Positions 24,301-36,300 of a stretch of DNA of 64,000 nucleotides are shown piece by piece. Made by a program: the position numbers and the translations under genes. Under the pieces are notes generated by a model. That model was not told where the DNA came from, searched no databases, and was given only the letters and a program-made list of their open reading frames with translations. The stretch's first letter is position 1. Each line of letters begins with the position of its first letter. Source of the DNA: Tubulanus polymorphus (lineage: Eukaryota; Animalia; Nemertea); assembly GCF_964204645.1 (NCBI RefSeq), contig NC_134027.1, positions 24,328,560 to 24,392,559 of the forward strand, given 5' to 3'.

Positions 24301-27300
24301 TTATATCGCCACTCTGATGTGGGCTGAATAATTGTGGGTGCGTAGAAAATGCTGAAGATTTAACATCACTTTTCAGGTTTATTCTGCAACGTCTCGGACA
24401 TTCGGATTTAACTGATAAAGTAAGCCATAATTCATTAAATGTATCGGTTTTACGGTGTTTAACATGTAAACCCAGTTCCATAGTTGGCTTATAAATCTGT
24501 TTTTGAATGAATGATTGAATTTAGTCAAATTAAACCCGCACATTAACTGGCTGAACTGAATCCAAAGTTGAATTAAACGCACACAACTGTAGAACTGGAT
24601 CCAGAGTCAAATTACGTAAACTCACACAACTGTGGAACTGGATCCTAATCAAATTAGACCCACACAACTGTGGAACTGGATTCAGATTCGAATGAAACCG
24701 GTGCTACCGCAACTGCCCTAGACGATTTGTTAACGTTAATGATTAATTCATTTGAATTTTGAATCTTTCAGATTCCTGCCAACTGTCCTATGAAGGGTTT
24801 AGCTGAAGGTCTAGTAGCGGCGTGGGACGTTTATAATAACAAAGAGTACGTAGGTTGTGTGTTATTCAACTACGAGTTGATTATTTCAACCCTGACCTGT
24901 GGAACCAGATTGAGTGTGCCATTTTACAATCCACCAGAGTTCCCTAGCCACTAATCACGATACATTGGACTAGACATTCTAGAATAGATCGCTTAATAAT
25001 TCTAATTGCACATGTAATGATTGATTAATTATGGTAATTAAACGTAATTTGAATGAAAAAGCTTTTCAGCTCCATTTTCAATGAAACCATATATCATAGA
25101 AACCATTATAAATGTCATTATCTCATAAATTCCTGAACAGGAAATAGTTCGATATCTAATCCAATTGCTAAGAGCGTTTAAAGACCCTGTGATAGTAAGT
25201 ATAGCAAAACTATACTAATGCATGATTGTATAGTAAAGCTATCATATCCTCTTTAACATTGTATCCCTGCAGTTGAATCTCGGGACTGAATTCCGCGGTT
25301 GTGAGCTTCAGTTAACTCGTGAGTTTGAATTTCGTTCATTTTCAGACACTTTGTTTAGCTCTTTACTGTCTAGTTTTAAGTGTGGATCTGAGAACTTTTA
25401 AATGTGCCTAGATTTAGACCTAAGGCTGCTATTGAATTATTGATCAGGCTACAGGACATTGTAATTCCAGTCTAACCTGCCGCACAAGGCTAAAGCCAAG
25501 CACACACAAGAAAACAAGGAATTAATTTTTGATTGAATGTGTTTTTGATGTGTAGTAGTTCACCTAATGTTGTACATTTCGAAACACCAAAACATACCTA
25601 CAGCGCCACCTAGGGATGAGAAATATAAAGTAGGGACCAGTCATGTGACTCGACTTCATGTCATTTATATTTTCATGCTGTGTGCCTTGGCTTAAGATTC
25701 AAGACCACTTCGATACCGGTATCAATTCACGAATGTTTTCAGCGATTGCTTTCCAGTCTTGCCTATAAAACTAGCACCGGATTTACTGAATTATTTCGTT
25801 GTTTTATTGCAGCGCGGCGATACTGTTCGTCGTCGAGCGATTTACTAGAAACTCGATCGATAAAAGATGGCACCACTTGTCGATCTACGAACACAATCCC
25901 GACATCAAAGTTATCTGGAAAAATTTCAAGGAAATCAATGCCACGATGACTTTACGAGAGGATAAGACACTAGTCGTGTAGGTTGAGTATACTGTGAATT
26001 AACCCTCAACCTGCTATACCCTATTATGTCTGTCATCAAAAATACATACCCGGTATTGTATTTTTGCTATCATGTAGGTTTAGTATAGTGAATTAACCCT
26101 CAACCTGCTATACCCTATTATGTCTGTCATATAGGTTTAGTATACTGAATTAACCCTCGACCTGCTATACACTATTATGTCTGTCATATAGGTTTAGTAT
26201 ACTGAATTAACCCTCGACCTGCTATACACTATTATGTCTGTCATATAGGTTTAGTATACTGAATTAACCCTCGACCTGCTATACACTATTCTGTCTGTCA
26301 TGTAGGTTTAGTATAGTGAATTAACCCTCAACCTGCTATACCCTATTATGTCTGTCATATAGGTTTAGTATACTGAATTAACCCTCAACCTGCTATACCC
26401 TATTATGTCTGTCATATAGGTTTAGTATACTGAATTAACCCTCGACCTGCTATACCCTATTATGTCTGTCATATAGGTTTAGTATACTGAATTAACCCTC
26501 GACCTGCTATACACTATTATGTCTGTCATGTAGGTTTAGTATACTGAATTAACCCTCAACCTGCTATACCCTATTATGTCTGTCATGTAGGTTTAGTATA
26601 GTGAATTAACCCTCAACCTGCTATACCCTATTATGTCTGTCATATAGGTTTAGTATAGTGAATTAACCCTCAACCTGCTATACCCTATTATGTCTGTCAT
26701 ATAGGTTTAGTATAGTGAATTAACCCTCAACCTGCTATACCCTATTATGTCTGTCATGTAGGTTTAGTATAGTGAATTAACCCTCGACCTGCTATACACT
26801 ATTATGTCTGTCATGTAGGTTTAGTATAGTGAATTAACCCTCAACCTGCTATACCCTATTATGTCTGTCATGTAGGTTTAGTATACTGAATTAACCCTCG
26901 ACCTGCTATACCCTATTATGTCTGTCATATAGGTTTAGTATACTGAATTAACCCTCGACCTGCTATACACTATTATGTCTGTCATGTAGGTTTAGTATAC
27001 TGAATTAACCCTCAACCTGCTATACCCTATTATGTCTGTCATGTAGGTTTAGTATAGTGAATTAACCCTCAACCTGCTATACCCTATTATGTCTGTCATA
27101 TAGGTTTAGTATAGTGAATTAACCCTCAACCTGCTATACCCTATTATGTCTGTCATGTAGGTTTAGTATAGTGAATTAACCCTCAACCTGCTATACCCTA
27201 TTATGTCTGTCATGTAGGTTTAGTATAGCGAATGAACCCTCAACCTGATAATTATGGATATTTTTTCAGGGATGGTGTTGAAATAGCCGTCGCTTACTTT

Positions 27301-29273
27301 AGAACTGGATACACGGAAAGTGACTACTATTCGGAAGAGGTAAATATCGTATTGACAAAAAGAGATTTAACTCCCATATTAAGATATATTCAAAAATTTG
27401 ACTAGAAATATTTTAGATTTGACTGAAACCTGTTGAACAGGTCATCAAGACTCATATGCAGGTTTAATTTATCCATATTCACACAAAATCGGCATTATTT
27501 CCCAATTCACGGATAAAGAAAAATTTACAATTCTCTACAGTTCTGATATGATAGGTGTAGCCCGGCAGTTGAACCTTAAGCGATATTTATGAATTTTTTT
27601 CCACAAAAGAAAAACCTTAAAAATTGATTACGATACTTCCCTGCATTCAGATCGGTGTTAGATCAGATGTAATGTTTTGATTCAAGGAGTGGTCGGTGCG
27701 TCTAACGTTGGAACGATCAAAAGCTATAAAATGTCCGACGATCCAGTATCAGCTGTCCGGTTGTAAGAAGGTCCAGCAGGAACTGTGTCGCGACGGCGTC
27801 ATCGAGAAATATATACCGGACGAGAACGTGGCTAAACAACTGAGGTTAACATTCGCTCGACAATATTCACTAGATCAGGTAATTACCGTTACACCATTTA
27901 CTGGTTTTGAGCAAAATGACCCAGTTCCAGTTGCAGTGTTGTGTGGATTGGTTTGATTTGACACTGGATCCAGTTCCACTGTTGTGTAGGCTTAATTTGA
28001 CTATGGATCCAGTTCCACTGTTGTGTAGGCTTAATTTGACTATGGATCCAGTTCCACTGTTGTGTAGGCTTAATTTGACTATGGATCCAGTTCCACTGTT
28101 GTGTAGGTTTAATTTGACTATGGATCCAGTTCCACTGTTGTGTAGGCTTAATTTGACTATGGATCCAGTTGTTGTGAAGCTTAATTTGACTATGGATCCA
28201 GTTCTACAATTGTGGCTGGGTTAATTTGACTCTGGATTCAGGTCCGCAGTCTTAAAGGTTAAATTCAACCTCTGGTGTCAGTGTTTTTCGATGAATTCAT
28301 TTTTTTTCAGGGTCCTGAAGGTGATCATGCAATAAGTATGGCATTAAAAGAACCAATGATGTATGTTATGAAACCACAGAGAGAAGGAGGAGGTATGTCT
28401 AAATCATGATGCCATCATGATCAAATCCCTGCCAGGGAGAGTGTGGTAGAGTCTTCCATGTCATCAGGTTCAAATCCTTGTGAGGAAGGAATGTGGCTGA
28501 GCCTCACTTCGCCATCAGCTTCAAACCCATGCCTCGGAGGAATGGAGTATAGTCTCACGATGTCATCGGGTTCAATTCCCTGCCGAGAGGAATTTGGTAT
28601 TCTCACAATTTCATCTAGTATGAATCCCTGTGGGGGGGGGGGGCGTGCTATGTGGTCTCTCGATGTTATCAAGTCAAAATCCTTGTAAGGGATGCTATCA
28701 GATTCAAATCCTTGAACGACGGGGTGTGACAGAGGCTAATGCTGATTAAAGAAAAGCCCACAATATGAAGAGTCTTACTTGTCTATCTCAGCTAATACTA
28801 ATGTGTTTCATATTAATTCTTGCAGGTAACAACACCTACGGATCTGACATTCCACCGTTGTTAGAACAGATAAAAGACAGCGACGAACGCAAGGCGTATA
28901 TTCTAATGCAGCGGATATTTCCGTGCGAAGGACAGAACTACCTCATTTATCAAGGTGCGCCTGTATCATTGCGCAATACAATATCCGAGCTAGGAATCTA
29001 TGGAATTTTACTCGGGTGAGAAACATGTCTTCCTTCATATTCCGTCTTAAATTGGTCCTGGATGATAAGATAAAAAGTTGTTAGATCGATTATCCATTTA
29101 ACATTAACTTTTAAACTGATGATGTTATATGTTTCTGTATTTTCAGTTCACCCGAAGAGGTCATGTTGAATAAATCAGTGGGTCATATGTTACGCACGAA
29201 GACCGCCGGTGCTGATGAAGGTGGTGTTATGGCCGGTGCATCGGTTATAGACAGTCCATTTCTCATAGATTAA
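21376..29273 (+). CDS. GSS: Glutathione synthetase (eukaryotic type), 12 coding exons
   Basis: Approximate exons: 21376-21469, 22239-22425, 23145-23220, 23715-23848, 24377-24419, 24772-24845, 25813-25977, 27270-27339, 27687-27878, 28311-28392, 28826-29015, 29147-29273. Hallmark motifs are RSDYM, KQIEFNTIASSF, YFRTGY, KCPTIQYQLSGCKKVQQEL, KPQREGGGNN, SELGIYG and LRTK...EGGV.AG...DSP. Confidence 0.96.
22545..23060. repeat. Degenerate tandem repeat of about 130 bp, interrupted by a SINE; the same family is inverted at 59970-60360
   Basis: aatgaactacaaacaccaga..ttagacattttatcagc.cactttcaa recurs. Confidence 0.7.
22712..22919 (+). mobile_element. tRNA-derived SINE in GSS intron 2
   Basis: A-box TGGCCGAGTGG (about 22724), B-box GGTTCAAACCC (about 22778), a unique body and an A11 tail. 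It splits the host repeat motif tttatc|agcgcactt. Confidence 0.8.
23993..24275. mobile_element. piggyBac-type MITE, copy 2
   Basis: TTAA-ctctttcagtgc...gcactgaaaggg-TTAA; highly similar to 20928-21201. Confidence 0.85.
24470..24700. repeat. 39-bp minisatellite family (mixed orientation)
   Basis: cacacaactgtggaactggatc units, the reverse complement of the 56340-57075 array. Confidence 0.75.
25978..27249. repeat. 57-58-bp homogeneous tandem array (about 21-22 copies) filling GSS intron 7
   Basis: The unit is taggtttagtata(c/g)tgaattaaccctc(a/g)acctgctatac(c/a)ctattatgtctgtcat(g/a). Confidence 0.97.
27918..28245. repeat. 39-bp minisatellite in a GSS intron
   Basis: actatggatccagttccactgttgtgtaggcttaatttg, about 8 copies; it produces the spurious LNLTMDPVPLLCR ORF. 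Confidence 0.93.
28408..28730. repeat. Degenerate tandem repeat of about 50 bp related to the terminus of the 9-bp-TSD MITE
   Basis: Units atg(c/t)catcaggttcaaatccctg... match gatgccatcaggttcaaatccctgcgagg at 58781-58809. Confidence 0.75.
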
Positions 29274-29297
29274 CAACAATTATCTATAAATTTGTTT

Positions 29298-29507
29298 ACA
29301 TAAGCTACCATGTACTGTCATTTGCTAACATGTCCTAGCATGTACTGACATGTGCTAACACGAGCTAGTATGTGCTAACATGAGCTACCATGTACTGGCA
29401 TGTGCTAGCATGCGCTAAGATGTTATGACATGTGCTAACATGAGCTAGCATGTACTAACATGTGCTAACATGTACTGCCATGCGTTAACATAAGCTAGCA
29501 TGTGCTA
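29298..29507. repeat. 10-bp minisatellite (acatgtgcta-like) just after the GSS stop codon
   Basis: catgtgctaa, catgagctag and catgtactga units repeat. Confidence 0.85.
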
Positions 29508-30458
29508 TATATTCAAACTTTAAGTTTTAAGTTTAAATTTTTTCATGAAACTAGACTAAGCCTGGTGTCTTTTCGAATTATTGTTTCTTTGTCGCTCATA
29601 AATTGTTAGTAGGATCACAATTCAACATATGGTTTAAGTCGAGTCTGGATCCAGTTGCGCAGTTGTGTGGGGTTGAAGTTATGCTAGACCAGTCTCAAAC
29701 TAAACCCACACCGCTGTCGAACTGGATGGAGACCCAATCTGTATGATATTATAGATTGTTAAATTATTTCTTTTTATTACAATCAATGTTATCATCATGA
29801 ACAAAATTTAAGTTAAAATCATGAAATCATGATCCTCCCAAATATTGGGGGAACAGTATTGAGGATTAATTCTACCAGTCTTTCTATAAAAGGTACTTTT
29901 TACTTAACATTTAGCATAAATCTTTGTATTTTCAATGGAATAATGTGGTTGATGGTTTGCATGTTTATGAATTGAAATAATGAAACTATTGTTTTATATA
30001 CTATTTTATTTTGAATAAAGAGTTGTTTATAGTTTCTATCGTTAGTTCGAAGTTTGTAGCCTCTGATATCGTGCAGTTTTTGATACGTTGTTTGGTTAGT
30101 TTGAGAAATAGATTTTTTGAGAACAATTTAGCGAGCAGCCCTGACCCCCATATCGCCCTGTTAACTAGTCACCCGGAATACTCTAATAATTTGAAATGCG
30201 TTTGAGTAAGGTAAGTAACGACTTGACATACAATGGCCACACAATGGGATAAATAGTCCCAGGTTTCAGTTTTTTTGGACACGGACTAAAGAGTAAAACA
30301 GGGATGTCCCAGGTTCAATCCTGATCTATTGATACCGATTCCAACTTGTTCGGAAGCCGACAAGAGGATTAATAGAGTGCCTGGCGTGTGATGGAGCCAG
30401 TTGACGTGATTCCGGATCCGTATGGTCTGGATGATGCATAGAAGATAAATATATAGCT

Positions 30459-30711
30459 CAGGGCCGTCCTTCAAGGGGGCATATGTTGCCCTATTGCACC
30501 TGCTTCTGCCCTTGAACATCTTACGATTATTGTAATATCCAATATAGATTTAATGTAGAATCCTTCACTTGGGACTGATAAGCATTTTGATATAGACCTA
30601 ACAGAGTTTTTGTTAGGGCTTATAAAGAAGGATCGTTATATCGGTGCTTAACTCTAACTGTCCGGGTTTCTCTGCCCCCTACAACAACATTTGAATCCTA
30701 GGCGCAGCCGT
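30459..30711. mobile_element. Probable old non-autonomous DNA element
   Basis: It begins cagggccgtccttcaaggg and ends cctaggcgcagccgtg (weak TIR); the interior is shared with 13170-13330. Confidence 0.45.
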
Positions 30712-32088
30712 GGTCTATTAGTGCTGATTCTGTTGCTCGGATGCTGAGTATAGGATGGGTTGATCAGCTTGGTTCTCACTAATATTGGGGTCTCCGATTA
30801 CAGGTAATTGTATCAGCAGTTTGACAACGACTGTCAGACAATTTGATCGAAAATGGAACTACACCCACAGTCGTTTTCAAATAAGTTCAATAATGAACGA
30901 GAAATGGTTACGTTGCCTAATAAACAATCTTACGAGTTATATGAACAGGTTTTGAATTCACTAGTATTTTCCAATCATTGTCTAGTTTCATTTCGGGGGA
31001 TTTTTATCAACGTATCCGGGGTCTAAAGGGTCGTTCGATGCTCTGCCCCCTCTAGCGGATTTTCAGCGAACTCATATCACAATAGACCCTTTGTGCGCAC
31101 GCGATAGACGTTTTATGTAGAAATATGAAGTGAATGAGTGTGCGGGGAATCTGGAAGCATTGGTCAACAAATCAGCGATAACTGGTTTCCTGACTAGGTG
31201 CGCTCTCCTAGTTCGAAATGAAGGGAATTGTCCGCCAACGCACTGGATACGTCATATTTGGCAAAACCAAGATTTTGGACGTTTACTCCGAGCTAGCAAC
31301 TCGGAATGAAATAGTTTACTCAATCGAAAGTTTAAATTTAAAATTCACAAAGTATTTTTCTAGGTTTGTTCCGGGTCAGCTCAATCGGAATGTTGGTCAA
31401 CAGCCAAAACGCGTACTTTCATTTTGATAAATCTACGAAGTTGTATCTCGCATGGCACATTTTATTTATCTACCGTTAACAGGGATTTAAATGCCACAGT
31501 GATTGTGACATTTGTCTGATTAAGAGGTTCTGGTGTAGCGTTGGTAAGCGTAGATTTTATCGTGAAAATAATCGGTCAGATTTTTCTATTATAGTTTGAT
31601 TCGCAAACGTGAAAAAATGCTAAATGTTAAAATTTATGTGATAAAAATTGTTTAAAAAAGTGAAAATTCGCAAAAATGTGTGAAATTTTACGAAATTTGT
31701 TTGTAAGAAATTATGATGTGCTTTTCTACAGAATGCACTTTCTGATCTACATTAGGATCTAGCACATGCATGCATCTTTTGTGCTCCCCTTCATTCAGGT
31801 ATATTGTTTTGAAATTTATTCCGTCAAATTTACAAACCACGACGCCTTCTTGACATCACACGGCGACGGAAGTTTTCTGCTGTTTCTCGCAATGGGGCCT
31901 ATGAAAGTAGGCCTACTTTGAACATTTTGATGTGAAAAAATCTAGATTTTTACGGCGAATATGAATATGCAAGGATTATGTAAAAGAATGTGAAAATTTT
32001 CACTACAAGATACCAATCTCACCACTTCATAATCATTAGTCTACTCGCTATCTACTTGTATCATTGGTCTGTCATATTTTCAGCGTAG

Positions 32089-32823
32089 ATGTCGACCTCT
32101 GATTTCGAAGTTGTAATACGTCCTTATCGGCACGGTTTCGACGACACGGAACGAATAGTTCGAATATTTGACGTGAACTTCCGAATCGGCTACACCGATG
32201 GACTGCCACACGCGTTGAAACAGACTTATATCCAAGTGACTTTGCTCTGCCTCGCGCTGGTCACTTACGCGCTGACCTCATCACTTATACTGGGGTTAGC
32301 TGCACCACTGCTATTCCTCTTCATAAGAACCTCATACAACTGCTTTCATTTCGGTATCTTTCACAAATATTGTTGCAACGATTTGAAAGATATAGCGTAT
32401 GTTTACCAAACCGAATCGGATTCGAACTTTTTCGTAGCCGAAGTGAACGGTAGAATCGTCGGTTACGTGGCTATCGTTAACGAGGATTGTTTGTACGAAA
32501 GATTCGACGAATATTCGAAATACAGAATCGTTTCCGATGGAAAATCCGATTCCGACGTCGATGTTGTAAAAGTAGCGGAACTGAAGCGAATGGCGGTCGA
32601 TGTATCGTTTAGAGGTTTATCGATAGGTCGTAAAATGCTGGATCACTGCGTCAATTTCTGTAAACGAAATAACTATGATCGCATTCACTTGTCCACAGCC
32701 ACCGAACAGATAGCGGCTCTAAGGTTGTATTCGAGGTACGGATTTAGACGTGGTTTAGTTGAATATGAGATATTTTATTCTGTTTTTATAGTATGTGTCC
32801 AACACATGTGGCTCGACTTATAG
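32089..32823 (+). CDS. GNAT N-acetyltransferase, camello/NAT8-like, single coding exon
   Basis: N-terminal IRPY, a hydrophobic membrane segment, DLKDI..VY, FFVAEVNGRIVGYVAI, AELKRMAVDVSFRGLSIGRKML (acetyl-CoA motif A) and AALRLYSRYGF; there is an acceptor just upstream of the ATG. Confidence 0.9.
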   Translation: MSTSDFEVVIRPYRHGFDDTERIVRIFDVNFRIGYTDGLPHALKQTYIQVTLLCLALVTYALTSSLILGLAAPLLFLFIRTSYNCFHFGIFHKYCCNDLKDIAYVYQTESDSNFFVAEVNGRIVGYVAIVNEDCLYERFDEYSKYRIVSDGKSDSDVDVVKVAELKRMAVDVSFRGLSIGRKMLDHCVNFCKRNNYDRIHLSTATEQIAALRLYSRYGFRRGLVEYEIFYSVFIVCVQHMWLDL

Positions 32824-33314
32824 AACTTTGAACTTTGTCATTCAATGGGTGAACACAAATTTCAGGACTTTGCTCATTTTTAATCGATCAAAATAAAAAG
32901 TACTTTTGAGTTATTCAACCTCGTTATGTTATCAAGCGAATGATTTAAAGTAGAGTCTATTCGTTGGTCGGCCAGTTTTTCGATTCAAATATGCCAAAAT
33001 ATCAATCGAATTTGTTTGACAGTTGTTTCTATATACTGATTCGGCGGGGACATGACAATATTTCGTTTTCATCCTTCACGAACGCACAAAAACAAATCTT
33101 ACCGCACAAAAAGAATCTTACCGCGCAAAAGCAATATTTTAACGTGTAAATTATTTCGTTTTATTCGTGAACAGAAATATTTCTAATAATGGCAAAATAC
33201 AAAGAGGAAATAAGTATCAGAAAGTTCGTGTTTGTTTTGGTAAAATGAGGAAATTCTGCATGTCCAGTGAAGACCAATTGAAGTTAAGTGTGAGATTGGA
33301 TTCGCGGACGATCA

Positions 33315-36300
33315 TCACCAAATAAAGATCGGTTTTCCGTCGTCATTCGCCAACAAAACTAAACAATCCAACATAATTTTCAAGTCGTTCAATTCGTTTT
33401 CTTTCGCGAGTTCTTGCACCATGGCGTGAAGAGCCGCCGGGTCTTGCAACATCAAATTCGTGGCTTTGTGCCCGAGAGGATAGTTCAACAAGCCGTATTT
33501 GTTGACCATGTTCGTAGCGAAATGTGGATGGAATTCCATGCGGTAACCGCAATGCTTCAGGATATGGAATATGTACTGGTATCGATAAGACATGGCTAGT
33601 TTCGATTTGACGTCCACGGTGCCCGTCGTTTCGTCCGTAGCTTCCGAGTGAATCATCGACGCGATGTTGTTCAACGTGAAACCGTAAAATCGCCGGCGTC
33701 GGCGCTCGTCCGTCTGTTCGCGACCGTTGAATACGTAATTCAAAATTCGCCGATCCAGCTGGAAGCAAATTTCCCCCAAAAGACGAGCGGATTTCTTGTT
33801 GGCGGTGTCTTGGTCATCGTCGCCGCTGGTCGAGCGTTTGGTGTCGGTGATTTTGTCGTCGCAAACGCATTCAGCTAGAAATCGGTGAGAAAATGAATAT
33901 TTTGGTGGATCTAATCACAGATTTCGAATTTTGAAATACCCGAGATGTACCAAATAGATACAAGGGAAAAATGCAATAAATATGTGTCTGGACCTAGTTC
34001 CACGCTCGATAGAGGTTCTGAAAGTGTTTAAATTTGAAGACTGGTCTCGAGTCTTTTTATTGACTACATTGAACTTAGATTGTCCTGACACTTTAATGTT
34101 GGCAATGAGCGTTTCAATTGATGATTTTTGGGCGTTTCGAAAATTCAGGGCACTAAGTAATGGGTTACGTAGATTTTAGTTAAAAATGTTCAACTCCAAA
34201 AATAGTGATAAAACATTCGTGTGATATAACACTGGGTCTAGTTCAACTCGGAATTGCGCGTATTTTACCTGATAATGTCGAGTCGCATTTACATCTTTCG
34301 ATATATTCAGCCAAAGATTTCTCGTTTTCGATCGATTGGTTCAGCAATTCCATACTGGTCATTCTTTTCGAGCTACGATCATTTCTTGACGCTGAAGAGA
34401 TCGTAATTTTCAAGTAAAACCCGTTATACACTCAGACGTGGAGAATCGATAATCAGATTTAAGCCTATTCGGTGGTCTCCACTGGAAGTCCGAAGTTTCG
34501 TGTCTCTTAAGCCTAACGCACATGACCCAGGGAAACAGAGAAACATGGAATCAAACACGTTTGATCTCGGAAACGTTGTTTGCTGAAACCTGTTTCTTGT
34601 TTCGGACACGGTACAGGGAAACGCTCGGGTTTATGTCTCCTGTCTCCGCGTTTCCCTGCGTCATGTGTTTTATTTTAACCATGGATAGGTAAATTGATAG
34701 GTAAATTTCGATGTTAATCTTTTGAATTTGTAAATAGTTTTATCAAAGATATTTAAAATTCACAATACACTGTTAAATCTCCGACATGACCCTTATATTG
34801 ATTACGGGATTTTGATAATGATTCGCTTCAAGTTTAAGAACTATTCGGCTCTACCTACCTGGTTCATGTTGGGAGGAGTTGTCGACATATGTCGGGGGCT
34901 CGCTGATTTCTGATCGGTTCACCGGTGGTACCGTGGCAGGGGGCGCTGGGGTCGATGAAGTTATCGGCTGAAGGTCCGACTCGGACGGGATCTGAGCGCG
35001 CGTTGACGGTAGCCAATAATCCCCGTGTCTGGGACGATTCGCGTCGCGGATAAAACTTCCCGAATCACAACTCATCAAATATTCATCGTCTGCGTCGCCT
35101 TCGATGGCCGTACTTTTCTGAATACAAACGAAAAAGTATTAACCATATGAATTGCCTGCCTTCAAATCTACACCAAATCCGCTACAGCTATGGCGAACTT
35201 CGGTCATCGGACTATCTGCTAATAACTAAGCCCGGAAATTAGGCAGCCAGAGAAAAATTCATCCCAATCAGTCGCTTGCCGGTTCAGACTGACTGGAAGA
35301 TTGTTTGGATGAACCGGAACCGAATTTACAATTATGTGCTCCGATTTAAAAAAAACATTCTGTTAACTCGACCGCCGATCACACAACTAGGCTGTACTTC
35401 GATTTCCGATTTCAAAATCAAACCCCCTGTTTCGCTCCCGGCAGGTGTGGTGGGTCTGTAAGGGACACTCAATCAAAAAATCAAACGAAATTTACCAACC
35501 AAATTAATAAATAACGGGGACAATCCCTATTTTAAGATCAAAAAATCTAAGCCCGGAAATAACGGACCACGCAACTGAGCACGGTCTCTGTAGTTCGAAC
35601 AGTTCTATATGACCGACGCTGTGAAATGCGTTAATACCGAACTATATGTTTTGCTACGTCGACACCACTAGTCGACTAACCACGAAATCCAAAGTTCGCC
35701 AAAATGGTAGAAATAACCATGAATTACCCATCGATGAAACACCGTGTTCGGGTTGGAAGATAGTACATGTACGGTATAAAATCCATAATTTATGAAATTG
35801 TTTAGTTAAAATAGTTCGATGATTTCAAATACTTGACTGACTGTACTTTTCAGAGTTAAAAGACAAATCTCACAGTTAACTTCGAAACAGTGTCAAATAT
35901 GAATTGTGGGTTTGTTCATTAACTTCAAAATATATATTGATTCCCGTACAACCCCTGCATTACACCGATATGAAACTAGGATTCTTCACGATCTATGCCG
36001 GTAGAGCAATTTGCAATAATTTTTCTTCATCAGTTAAAAGGAATATTGAAAATCTAATCCCCACGAACTCCATGAATCAATTATAAACGTGTATGTTTCA
36101 CTGTGAACCCGATCGGGACAAGATGAAACAAACCTCTTTGACTGTAGCCGGATACCACGCGGCTATTGACCCTCGCCTGCCGTCTGCCGAACGAGTAACG
36201 ATCGGAATCTCTTCATCGTCTGCCTCAGATGCGCCTAAATACGCGTTACTGTCGTCAAACTTGACGTGCTTCGATGAATCGACGCCGTTACGATATTTCT

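Noticed and set aside
25978-27249. CRISPR-like regular array
   Set aside because: The units are contiguous with no unique spacers, there are no cas genes, and the array lies in a eukaryotic intron.
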